Positions 1 through 53,780 of a DNA stretch of 64,000 nt are shown in pieces. The notes beneath the pieces are model-generated. The model was given only the letters and a program-made list of their open reading frames with translations. It searched no databases and had not been told where the DNA came from. Origin of the DNA: the human T2T-CHM13v2.0 reference genome, Homo sapiens. The position numbers were made by a program, and so were the translations under genes. The number at the start of each line of letters is the position of its first letter. The first letter of the stretch is position 1. The DNA lies in assembly GCF_009914755.1 (NCBI RefSeq), contig NC_060935.1; one strand, given 5' to 3'.

Positions 1-143
1 TAATCTTTTTTTTCAGTGTAGTCCAGTTTAATGGATGGATGCTTGGGTCCATCCTCCATTTAGGAGTAGGAGTAATAATTGTCTTGCTCCTTTACAAAAC
101 TATTTCAGATCTACTGTTTCCAATCTTTTAAATTTCAAACGTC

Positions 144-962
<819 letters not shown>

Positions 963-1020
963 TCAAATTAAACTTAGTGTCTGGTGTATTAAGCATGGTC
1001 AAAGAAAAATAAGAATAAAC

Positions 1021-1098
1021 AGCTTCAGGTAGAACTGTTGTCAGTTTTCAGTTTGCAAAGCTTCAGGTAGAACTGTTGTCATTTTTTAGTTTGCAAAG
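1021..1098. repeat. 38-bp tandem duplication, 2 copies, 2 mismatches
   Basis: AGCTTCAGGTAGAACTGTTGTCAGTTTTCAGTTTGCAA at 1021-1058, repeated at 1059-1096. Confidence 0.95.
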
Positions 1099-1516
1099 AC
1101 CAGAAGAGGAAAAAAAATCTTGTCATGGAAACAGAACACAGCAGTCAGAGTGCTGGTTCCACAGTACTTGGGTTCAAATTCTACTCTACCACTTAGTAGA
1201 TTCACTCACTAAGATGATCCCCATGAGGCCCCTGGCACAGGGTCTGGCATGCAGTAAGTGTTTTTTCTTTTGCTATGATCACATTACTATTCTGGACCAG
1301 CATCAGTCCAAGAGCTTTTATTTGGAAACCAGTGACTTGTCATTCTTTTTTGACCCAATAACCTTGACAGTGATTATTACTACCCTGATTTTATAGATTG
1401 CAAAGAGTAAAAAACAGGACTAAAGGAATTCACCCGCATATAACCCCTTACCTACATTGGTAAACAATGAAGCCAAGGCTTGAACCTGTATCTGTCTCCA
1501 AAAGAGCTTAAAGAGC

Positions 1517-2308
<792 letters not shown>

Positions 2309-2417
2309 CTAGCTGTTTTCCAAGTCCTCAGCAGAATACAGGGTAACCTAGATACCTCGTCACTTTGTTTCTAATCCCCATCTACCCACTGCCAAATGGA
2401 TTTTCCATAAACTTCAC

Positions 2418-5295
2418 CTGCTTATAGAGCCACAACAGGGTGCAGACAACTGTGATGTCAGCCAATGTCACTCGTTCGCCCACCAGAAAAGTCCTCGTCT
2501 TCAAGTAAGCATCCAGCAGCCCCAGAATTCGCCTCACTTCCTCCTTTGCATTCTCAGTGGCCTAGTGATTCAACATGATAAAACTCATCAGTGGGTACCA
2601 ATCCCTTTCCCTCACCTCCCCCATTAATAGAACTAAGAGGGCTATTTTCACCTAGAAGTCTGAGCTCACCCTCACTCTCTTTCAATGGAGGCAGATCCTA
2701 GGGTCATTCTAAATGTATTACAAACAATGAACTTCAGAGGTCCTCTGGTCCAGCCACCCCCTTACCATTTGGTATAATCTCTTCACAGCAGCAATCCCTC
2801 TTCTGATCACTCATGACAGACACTTCCTCCATCAACTGCCCACTGCTTCAAACTCGTACCCTAGAGATTACGTCTTCTCATTGCCTACATATCCTTGGCA
2901 TCTTTTTTTCAACCTATTTTATTTCTTACTCCCAACACCCAGGAGCTGATGCCACCCCTGCCCCTGGCTTCTCTCAAAGTTCCAAGGCTCACCTGTTTGT
3001 TGTGGTGCATGATGCCCAAGGTGGGGAACACCCAGGTACTGGCTGGGGGCACTATATCGGAATCAGCAAAGCTCACCCACTGCACCACCTGGGCTGCTGC
3101 CTCTGGAGTACTTCCCCGCAGCTCCTCATTGCTCACTGCAGAGGCAGAACACGAAGGTCAGAACTCTGGGGGAATGCCAACACCAGTCCAGGTCCTGGAG
3201 AATTCCTTCATATCCACCCCCGCTCACACTTATCCTCTCCTACACCCTCACCTCCAAATTCTCCCATTCCCATATACCCCTGCAAATTACCATAGTAGGC
3301 AATGGCGTTGCTCTCAAACACACAGAATCCATCATCACCCTCAAATGCTGGGACCTGGGGACAAAGCAGTGAAAAGATAAGGTAAAACACACAAAATTTC
3401 TTCCTAACCAATACCAGGAGCCAAACTGCTTTGAAAATACTTATATAAGGCTGATGATTCTCACTATCCAAACTCTTGATACTCAAGAACCATAAATAAA
3501 TACTTCAAGAACTTGGCCTCCTTTGCAATCTGAATTCACAATGTTAACTAGGAAGCCCAATAGATTTGAATATTACAGGATATTTGTATGAAATCTCTGG
3601 ATCAAACAAGCAGAAGGCCAAAAGCAACTCCTGTATCAATGTCTGTATCAGTTAAAGTATTAGTGTGTGACCCAGACCCACACAGCACTTCATCTCCTCC
3701 ATTCTTAGCATGTTTCTTCACCTATCTCTATAAACCCCTTGGGGTAAGAATTCTGCTCATAACAGATATCTGATATATTTGCACTGAAAATGCTTAGTCA
3801 AAACTCATTCTCTTTCCCACAAAGTAAACTCGTGAATTTTATAAAGTCACAGAATAGCTCTGTATTTTTTTTCACAACTACATGTAAATCTGTATTTATC
3901 TCAAAATAAAATCACCGAAATTGAATAAAACAACATGGGAAGCTCCCTTTTAGAGATGGGGGCCACCACCAGAGTGACAGAATCGCAGGGCCTTGGTTTC
4001 TCAGAACCGAAGGATGCTCCCCATCTCCCAACTCACCTTGCCGGCAGGAAATTTGCGGAGAAATTCAGGGGTGCGGTTGGTTTGGCCAAAATGGAAGTGG
4101 GGTGGTGCGGAGAGCACGCGGACCTGAGCCCCGCTGTACTGAGCAGCGATGAGAGCCTTGAAGGCCCTCCAGTTTTCAGGATACGTGTACAGGGTCTATG
4201 GGAGAAAGAGAGGGACAAAATTAATGAGTAGAAGGGTCCCAGTCCTTAATGCCACTCTCCAGGATGACTTTCCTGAATAATCCCAATGTATTCAACTCAC
4301 CCTTTTACTTCCTCTGGTGAACCAAGTCCTTTAGTACTTGTCATATGTAATCAGAATCCTCCGAAATACCAAGAACAGAACTACACACCAACTGCTAAAT
4401 AAAGCTTGTTGACAGATTTGACCTTCCCTAAGGACACCTCTGGAAGTATTCTCTTCCTCTCAAATCTATCTCCAAGAAATCCAGAACTTCTAGCTCCATC
4501 AGACTCCATCTGCCTACAAACATACTCTCCTCCCTTCCCGGAGCCCTCGCTTCATTCATTGATGGTTCCGAGCGCCTGCCTACTCTACTGCTCAGCTGCT
4601 CACCGCTTCAAAAGCATCGTCCTGTCTCTAAGGCACGCACGACGATCGAGAGATTTCTAGTTCCCCTCAGACTAGCCAGAGATAGGGGATGGCATGCCGT
4701 CTTCTTAAATCAACTCCTCTCTCTCAAAAAGCCTTTCTTTCCGTGTCGCGAATATCATCCCTCCGGTCCTGTCCCGCAGCGAGTTCCCCGGCGTTGGGCT
4801 TCTCTATTATGCCGGCCAGCGGAGTCCAATTGGTCTGACTTCACTGTCCGGAGAATCCTCTCGCTCCCAAACCTCCCTGAGAGACGACCTTTAACCGTGC
4901 CAGCCGGACCTGCCTACAAAGACCCTCCTCTTCAACCTGTCCCCTGTGTTACTCCACAAAACGGACACAGAAGTTCGTCAACCTGCCCAGATACCACGCC
5001 TCAAAGCGGCAACAGAGCCGAACCCCTTTCTCAGGCTTCGGACGGCCCAGACCCGGCATCTCTTTTCTCCTCTTCCCCAGACCCTTCCACCTCTGGCCTC
5101 CGAGAGCCCCAGCCTCAGTTCCCCTCCAGGCCCTAGGAACCCTACTCTCCAGCAGTACAGTCTGTAGACCCCCGAATCAGTTCCCCACTCAACCTCAGAA
5201 CTCCTCTGGCGCCGACTGGCCCCACTCGGGCAAAGGATGGCGGTGGATAGGATGACCCGAACCACCAGAGCCAGCAAACTTACCCCAGCCGCCAT
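2418..5295 (-). CDS. EEF1G: Elongation factor 1-gamma, coding exons 1-5 (5295-5284, 4195-4037, 3354-3291, 3135-2993, 2561-2418); gene continues beyond the window start
   Basis: Spliced translation MAAG|[22 protein letters not shown]...|[21 protein letters not shown]|[27 protein letters not shown]...|[21 protein letters not shown] is the GST-like N-domain. All introns are GT-AG; 522 nt = 174 codons in frame. Confidence 0.98.
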
Positions 5296-5900
5296 GGTGA
5301 TTCCGCAAAGAAAGGGGGTGGGGTTCTCGGCGCTGCCGCAAAGTAAGCCGCCCGGGAGAGAAGGGAGGGGGAAAGAGGAGAGCCGTGGAGAAACAGCAGC
5401 CGGAAAGCGAGGACGAAACAGAAGACATACGTACGACAGTTCGGTATCCAGTGGCGCTGAATTGGAAAAAGAACTGGGTGGGTGGGGCCTGCTGGCCAGC
5501 GCGGAAAAAGCTCGGGCCTGCGCATTGGAGCTCTTGACTGGCCCGCCCCCCAGGTGCAGCGGGCCAATCGGAGTCTAGACGTGGAGGTAGACAGCGTGGA
5601 GGGCGGGGAAGTTGTGAGAACCCGCTGGAAAAGCCGCGAGTTCTTGGCTACGTGGCGCGGTTGTTGGCCCGGCGCGGCCAGTGCTACTGGGGGCGTCCCT
5701 CTCTGGCCCTCCCAGGGACAAGTGACTTGATGGTAGATTTTGCCAAGCCCCTCACATGATTCTATGAAACTCATGGGAGCGAGGAACAGCTGCTGCGCGG
5801 AGGTGGCAGTGTGTGTGCTAAATCCCTTTAGTTCCTGCTCTGCTTTTCCTCCAGAAAGGGATGAGCGTCTAACAGGGGCCCCGGTCTGAACCCGCCTGCC
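5200..5900. promoter_or_regulatory. CpG-island promoter of EEF1G
   Basis: High CpG density; CCAAT/ATTGG at 5461, 5524 and 5564; CCGGAA near 5400; GC box near 5600; YY1-like ATGGCGG motifs. Confidence 0.85.
5296..5320 (-). promoter_or_regulatory. EEF1G: TCT initiator / 5'TOP tract and very short 5'UTR of EEF1G
   Basis: Minus strand reads CCCCCTTTCTTTGCGGAATCACC-ATG. A C-started pyrimidine run is typical of translation-factor TOP mRNAs. Confidence 0.75.
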
Positions 5901-6129
5901 AAAGTGAGGTTTGCTCACATCCAACCCCTGACAGCTCCAGGGTGCTGTTACTGCGAGCAGGGCACCGGCCCTCCGGCCCGAAGCAGGGCAGGGACATGAG
6001 GGAGAACGCGCCCTGTCCCTCCCACCTCCTCCGGACTCGGCCCCTGGAGGGGCTGACGCTGGAAGACCTGACATCGTCGCTTCTGATGTTCATGGCTTTT
6101 GACCCATGTTCAGGTTTGAAATCTCTTAC

Positions 6130-6291
6130 CCAGTTTAAGAACGGGATGAACTCTCCTCGTTTAAAGGAGAGAATGAAGAACGCTGAACGCAAATCTCCGT
6201 CCTTGTGCGCATAAATCTGAGGCGACAGGAAGAATGTGGAGGCAAACCTGGCTCTTCTCAGTACTGCTGGAGCCACCCACCGCTCTGCCAT
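6130..6291 (-). CDS. EEF1G: Alternative first coding exon of EEF1G (MAERWVAPAV...IPFLNW, 54 aa)
   Basis: ATG at 6291, open for 162 nt to a strong phase-0 donor TGG|GTAAGA, the same phase as EEF1G exon 1. From memory it matches a known longer EEF1G isoform N-terminus. Confidence 0.7.
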
Positions 6292-6520
6292 TCAGGAACT
6301 CTGCGCGGGTGCCAGGTGCCACGCGCGGTGCTGCCCCCGCACTCCCCTCGAGCTGTGCGAACTGTAGGAAGGAGAAGCTGGTGGGGTGGAGAGCAACAGG
6401 GAGAGACCCATGTTCGGGGTCAGACGGGAGCAGCTGCAGGAAGTTCTGGGGGAGGGGAAGGGGGATTATGACCAGATGGAAATGAAAGGAAACGGGAGAC
6501 TGTATTAATAAACTAGCAGC

Positions 6521-6526
6521 TTTATT
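6521..6526 (-). terminator. TUT1: TUT1 polyadenylation signal AATAAA
   Basis: tttatt on the plus strand, about 20 nt past the TUT1 stop codon. Confidence 0.85.
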
Positions 6527-6546
6527 GCCCTTCAGGGGCCATGTCT

Positions 6547-23750
<17,204 letters not shown>

Positions 23751-24161
23751 AGGACAGGGAGGGACTACGGGGAGCTGGGGATGCCCTAGGGACAGGGACC
23801 ATAACGAGGTGGAGAGAACTATCAGATGGGCTCAGCAGCTTGTGCTGTGGTTATCAGCCCACAGCTTTGAATGGCGCAAAGAGCAGTGGACCTAAGGCAG
23901 ACACCAAGGTCTTTGACCTTGAACAAGTCACAACTGTTGAGGCTGTTTCCCATCTCTAAAGGAAGTGCCCAAGGAGCACACAGCAGGCTGAACTTCTTGT
24001 TCTCTATCCTAAGGTGTTCCTTCTAATGGGCCCAGCTCAGGCATCTAATCTCAGTGTCCCAAACCTTTAAGGCAGGAAACAGTGCTACAGTGGATCGGGA
24101 TATCATCGAGACTGGCCTTGAGGATCCTGAAGCAGCAGGCTGTACACATACACCCAGAGGT

Positions 24162-24197
24162 GCTAGGGTGGTTCAGTGGTAGAATTCTCGTCTGCCA
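24162..24197 (+). pseudogene. 5' half of tRNA-Gly(GCC), a 3'-truncated tRNA fragment
   Basis: GCTAGGGTGGTTCAGTGGTAGAATTCTCGTCTGCCA matches 33 of the first 36 nt of human tRNA-Gly-GCC as recalled. It ends just after the anticodon and has no T-arm or B box. Confidence 0.8.
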
Positions 24198-24676
24198 AAT
24201 ACACCACACAGCTAGGTGAGGGGATCCTCCTATAACCCCACCACCACCCCCAAGGGGGTATACATGTTACCCTGGCTGCTAGCAACTTCCAGAATTCCTT
24301 AAACAAAAGGGAGAGGGGAGTAAGAGGTGGGAAACAGAGGAAGAAACACCCCCATTCCCCTTTCCTATGGAGGCCACCAGTCATCCAGAAAGCTCATCTC
24401 AACTCCTTTGAATGAATCTGGGCCAAGATGGTTCTTGAGCTCCAGCACCACTGGGAGCTGGGGAGCAGTTTGGGTCCCACAAGAAGCCTAGCTGGAGCAA
24501 GCCGCCTGGGTCCAGGCTGCCTATCTCATAAAGCTGTTCCCAGGGCAAGAACCATCTGTACCTCCTTTGTTGTCCTTTGTCCTTTATTTTCCCTCTCAAA
24601 GACACCCCCAACACACACACAACACACACCCATGGCAAAGAACAGCTGAGCCAGGAGAAGCTGAAGAAAACAGCTT

Positions 24677-24743
24677 TTTATTTGTTACTATAAGAACCAA
24701 TTACAGAATCCGAGGTTAAAAAAACGGACAAAAGATCTTTATT
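24677..24743 (-). terminator. MTA2: Two tandem MTA2 polyadenylation signals (24738-24743 and 24677-24682)
   Basis: Two tttatt hexamers about 580 and 640 nt past the stop codon. Confidence 0.75.
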
Positions 24744-25322
24744 TCTGAGAACTGGCGTACAAAAGGCAGAGGGGGAGGGGAGGGAAGGAAAGAGCGAGCG
24801 TGGCCTGGGGTTGATGCCAGCTTAGGGGCCTCAAACTCCAATTAGGAAAGTCCGGACACCGGACAGAAAGAGAAACCCCCAATTAGGAAAAAAAAAAAAA
24901 AAAAAAAAAAAAAAGACATGGCAGTGCACGCCCCCCTCCCCCAACCAGGTACCACCACCTGTTATCTGTTTACTCTTCCCCTCCCCATCCCCTTTCACAA
25001 AGGGAGGCAAAACTTTTAAAAAATTAAAAAACCCTCCCCCCAAAACTGTCCAAGACATCTGTGGGTCCTACCCCCCAAAACAGGCTAGGTTCCCACATGG
25101 GCCAAGTTCCTGCAGTCTGTCCTCCATCGGCAAGCATGGAGGCATGAGACAAGTCTCGAGGTGGTAACACCAGAGGGCGCCCAACCCCTCCAGGGACACA
25201 CACTCACTTGCTCTCTTCCTTAATTCACTCCTCACTCCCTTCGACACGAAAGGGAAGGGAGGTTTGGGTGCCCTGGGCATCCACCCTCTACCTCTCAGCC
25301 CACCTCCCTTCCCCACAGGTGC

Positions 25323-32898
<7,576 letters not shown>

Positions 32899-33681
32899 GG
32901 CCGTTCCCGCCGCCGCCTCCGGCCGCACAAAGGGGTCCGGGAGGCTCGCGGGGGCAGGGCTCGGCTCGAGGCAAAGCCCCGAACGGTGGGCTGCCGCTTC
33001 GAGGGAGTCTCACTGGGGCCCGCGCAGCCGGCACCTCCGCTGCCTCAGCCGTCGCGGTTCATCCCGGCCCGCGCTGTCGCCGCCGCAGCTATCGCCTCAC
33101 TCCCGGGACGCTGAGGCTGGCCCCCGTCCGCTCGGCTTCTTCCGGAACGAGCTCGGCTCCTGCCAGGCCAGAGCCAGGCTCCAGCTACCCCCGCCCCCGC
33201 GGAGTCCCACTAGTCGTTGGGCTCTGCCGGCCGCAGGGAAGGCTTGCCGGGCCCGCCTCAGGGTTCGCCTCCTTCCGGAACACCTTCGGCCGATCCGGAG
33301 AACAAGGCCCACTGCTCGGCTCAGGTCGGAGAGCGAGACCCCGCAGATCGGCTACTTCCGGAAGAAGTTCGGCTCCTGTCGGGCAACCGCTCGGCTATTT
33401 CCGTCGCAGCTCGGCCCCACCCCCTTTTCCGAGGGCGGGAGAGGAGTCGGGCTTAACTCTGTCCTCGCTGGAGCCCTGCAGCTCCTCCTCGCGCCCCAAA
33501 GACTCGCGCGCCTTAGCGCTTCGCCAGGTTATTTGCAAGCGGCTTTGCCTGTCATTTGCATAAATGGTCTACGCTCCCTTACCCTTTCCGCACGCCTCTT
33601 TTCCTTCGTCCCCACCCCACAGAGCCCCGGAGGCGCCCGGCAGCGCCCCACAAAAGCACCGGGAGGCGACTTTGGTTCTGG

Positions 33682-33687
33682 TTTATT
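33682..33687 (-). terminator. EML3: EML3 polyadenylation signal AATAAA
   Basis: tttatt about 235 nt after the EML3 stop codon. Confidence 0.8.
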
Positions 33688-33922
33688 GCCCCTCAGCAGG
33701 CAGCGGGAGTCAAGGCCTAGGCTGGGGCTGCCCGGCTCAGCCAGCGGGTCTAAACAGTGTGTGCAGGGGCGCCGTTCGCGCCCTCCAGGAAAATGCGCGA
33801 TCGGGAATGTCTCGAAGTCAGTCCAGGAAAGAGTCGGCCCCTAGTCGTGGGGGATTGGGCCAGGGAAGGGCAGGGCGGGGCGGGGCCACGCCGCCGGGCC
33901 AGTCGGTCCCGCCAGGCAGCGA

Positions 33923-43905
<9,983 letters not shown>

Positions 43906-44729
43906 CCGGCCCCCGGGTTGCTCCGAGCGGCGGCGGCGGAGGAGGCGTCTAAGCCGCGGGGGCCACGGCCGGGGAGAGGGGAAGGGGAAGCACCCCGGGG
44001 CGCGCGCGAAGGGCGCCGTACCACCACCCCGAGGGGGCGCTGTCGGGCGCGGGGAAGGGGCCTGGAGGGGGCGCTGTGGGCCCGGGGCCGCAGTGTCCAG
44101 ACCCCCCCGGGCCCTCGGACTCTCCCGGGGCCGCTCTCGGCTCCCGGGGGTGGGGTGGCAGGGCCGTCCGGTGCCACAGCGCCGCAGCACAAACAGGCGC
44201 CGGACGCGGAGCCGCCAGGAAGCGCGGGAGGGGGGGCGGGCCCGAGGGGGGGCCGGGCCGCTTGGTAACCCCTCCCTGTCCGGGCCTCGCCGCTCAGTAC
44301 GGGGGCGGGGCTAGCCGGCTGACCCCCTGGCCTACTCCCGGCCTCCGGCTCCAGGCCCTTCCCGGATCCCCGCCCCCGGATTCCCAGGGGACGGGGAAGG
44401 GAGCGCCCGCCCCGATATCTCCGCCCCCCAGCCCCTAACCCCTCAGGGTTGAGCGGACCAACCCCACCACTTCCGCGAGGGGCAGGGGCGGGGTCACAAA
44501 ACGGGCCCTCGGCCTAGGGGCGGAGTTTCTCGTAAGGGGCAAGGCCAAGGCATCTTGTATTGGGGCTGACAGGGGGGCGGGTTATTAGGGCTGAGGATGG
44601 GAGGATGCTCAGGGTATTGGGGTCAGGGTGGCATTAGCCCAGCTCAAGCCGGGCCGGGCTGACTCAGCATCCTGCCCCAGCCAGCTTCCATCCCTGACAC
44701 CTCTGCACTCCCTTGGGCAGAGATGGGAG

Positions 44730-46287
44730 ATGGCGCCGGTGTTGCCCCTGGTGCTGCCCCTGCAGCCCCGCATCCGCCTGGCACAAGGGCTCTGGCTCCT
44801 CTCCTGGCTGCTGGCGCTGGCTGGTGGCGTCATCCTCCTCTGTAGTGGGCACCTCCTGGTCCAGCTAAGGCACCTTGGCACCTTCCTGGCTCCCTCCTGT
44901 CAGTTCCCTGTCCTGCCCCAGGCTGCCCTGGCAGCGGGCGCGGTGGCTCTGGGCACAGGACTAGTGGGTGTAGGAGCCAGCCGGGCAAGTCTGAATGCAG
45001 CTCTATACCCTCCCTGGCGAGGGGTCCTGGGCCCGCTGCTGGTGGCTGGCACGGCTGGTGGGGGGGGGCTCCTGGTCGTCGCCCTCGGGCTAGCCCTGGC
45101 TTTGCCTGGGAGTCTGGATGAGGCGCTGGAGGAGGGCCTGGTGACTGCCTTGGCTCACTACAAGGACACAGAGGTGCCTGGGCACTGTCAGGCCAAAAGG
45201 CTGGTGGATGAGCTGCAACTGAGGTACCACTGCTGCGGGCGCCACGGGTACAAGGATTGGTTTGGGGTCCAGTGGGTCAGCAGCCGTTACCTGGATCCCG
45301 GTGACCGGGATGTGGCTGAGTGAGTGATTTGCGTCTCCCTTCCTCCTCCTCCTCCTCCCTGGACAGGCTCCCTCCTGCTGCCTTGAATCCCCACCTCGCT
45401 CAGAGGGGCAATAAGTAGAACATAGTGGCTGAGAGACTGGTTACAGCTCTGCCATTTATTAGCTGTGAAACCCAGGGCATGTTACCAAACCACCCTGGGC
45501 CCATTCCTTCACCTGTAAAATGGAAATAATAGTACTTATCTGATAGAGTTGTTGTGAAGATGTGAATTATGCTTGGCTGGCACATAGTACAGCAGTCAGT
45601 AAATGTTTTACTATTCTTTTTCCCTTCTGAACACCTGTGCCCTTCAGTCCCTCCCCCAGGCCTCTATCTCCAGACATCCTAACCCCTCTGTCCCTCCCTT
45701 TGCAGCCGGATCCAGAGCAATGTAGAAGGCCTATACCTGACTGATGGGGTCCCTTTCTCCTGTTGCAACCCCCACTCACCCCGGCCTTGCCTGCAAAACC
45801 GTCTTTCAGACTCCTACGCCCACCCCCTGTTCGATCCCCGACAACCCAACCAAAACCTCTGGGCCCAAGGGTGCCATGAGGTGCTGCTGGAGCACTTGCA
45901 GGACTTGGCAGGCACACTGGGTAGCATGCTGGCTGTCACCTTCCTACTGCAGGTGAGTCAGCAAAGCATCTGACACCTCCTCCCACCCGGGACTCCTCCC
46001 TGCCTCCAACCCTGGGCCTCTTGGAACCGCTGACTCTCCCTGACTCTTTCCCCTTGCTTCCCCCACAGGCTCTGGTGCTCCTTGGCCTGCGGTACCTGCA
46101 AACAGCACTGGAGGGGCTTGGAGGGGTCATTGATGCGGGAGGAGAGACCCAGGGCTATCTCTTTCCCAGTGGGCTGAAAGATATGCTGAAAACAGCATGG
46201 CTACAGGGAGGGGTTGCCTGCAGGCCAGCACCTGAGGAGGCCCCACCAGGAGAAGCACCTCCCAAGGAGGATCTATCTGAGGCCTAG
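44730..46287 (+). CDS. ROM1: Rod outer segment membrane protein 1 (tetraspanin), 3 exons (44730-45319, 45706-45952, 46069-46287)
   Basis: MAPVLPLVLPLQPRIRLAQGLWLLSW, tetraspanin CCG and PFSCC motifs, end EDLSEA*. Exons sum to 1056 nt = 351 aa + stop. Confidence 0.98.
45420..45615 (+). mobile_element. MIR SINE in ROM1 intron 1
   Basis: cctgtaaaatggaaataatagtactta...gttgttgtgaagat...tggcacatagta core. Confidence 0.8.
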
Positions 46288-46544
46288 AGGCCTGGAGCTT
46301 GGGGTGAGGAAGAGGGAGGGATGGACAAGTCTGAAAACCTCACAACTCCTTACCAAGGCTCCAGGTTGGGGGGATCGTAGGATTAGAGGGGCTAAGGATA
46401 GTCAGCGAGCTGGACTGGGGTAAGAAAGAAAACCAGATGTCCTAGGGCCTAGCCCTTGTAGTCAGAACCACCAGGGAACAGCAAAGAACAGAGTGATGGG
46501 AAAGTGACATGAGAAGGCCTGGAGGCTGATTCTGATATAGACTC

Positions 46545-46550
46545 AATAAA
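46545..46550 (+). terminator. ROM1: ROM1 polyadenylation signal
   Basis: AATAAA about 260 nt after the stop, followed by T/GT-rich sequence. Confidence 0.85.
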
Positions 46551-46758
46551 GTTTTTGGATGGAAGCAATTGCTTTTTCTTGTCAAGGGGATGGGGGCCTG
46601 GGAGAACTGATTTCTGTCTGATGGAGCAGCTAGGACTCCAAAGTTTGGACCCTGGCTCGACCTGTGCAGCAACAGGAGCCCACATCTGTAAGGATCAGAA
46701 AGCAAGAACCCAATGTAAGAAGCAAAGGAAAACAAGAGGCCCCTCCAGGTTGAGATTC

Positions 46759-46764
46759 TTTATT
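46759..46764 (-). terminator. B3GAT3: B3GAT3 polyadenylation signal
   Basis: tttatt about 385 nt past the stop codon. Confidence 0.8.
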
Positions 46765-47148
46765 CTGGAGGTAGGAAGGGGGTCAGCATGCTCAGGTGGG
46801 AAGGGTCCAGCCCAGCTCCTCCAGCCCCCCAGTGCATGCCCAGCCCCAATAAGTTACCCAGTTACTCAGCTGCCCTCCCTCCTGGGTCCATCTGTCCTTC
46901 TGTTCCACCCTAGACAGGGCCAACCTGACTCAACACAAGGGCTGCTTGTCCCCAGCCTGTGGGCAGTGCCACACGGCAGGCTAGGGGAGGGGTGAAGCAG
47001 CAGGACCATGCCCTGGGCCTGGAGGGGCAGAGGGGCCACTTCTGGCTCCAAGGGTCAGGACTTGGAAAACCACATCCTGGGCAGGCCTGGGGCCCAGTCC
47101 CACAAGGTCTGTGCCTGAAAAGAGGTGGTAGTTGGGGTGGGGCCGCCA

Positions 47149-53780
<6,632 letters not shown>

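Noticed and set aside
5280-6074. 264-aa minus-strand ORF across the EEF1G promoter
   Set aside because: GC-rich promoter DNA, out of frame with EEF1G exon 1, no domain.
44430-44640. CRX sites for photoreceptor-specific ROM1 expression
   Set aside because: Only imperfect TAATCC-like words were found; too weak to call from sequence alone.
44628-44729. GTG-initiated in-frame N-terminal extension of ROM1
   Set aside because: The 351-aa length fits the ATG at 44730; there is no evidence for upstream near-cognate initiation.
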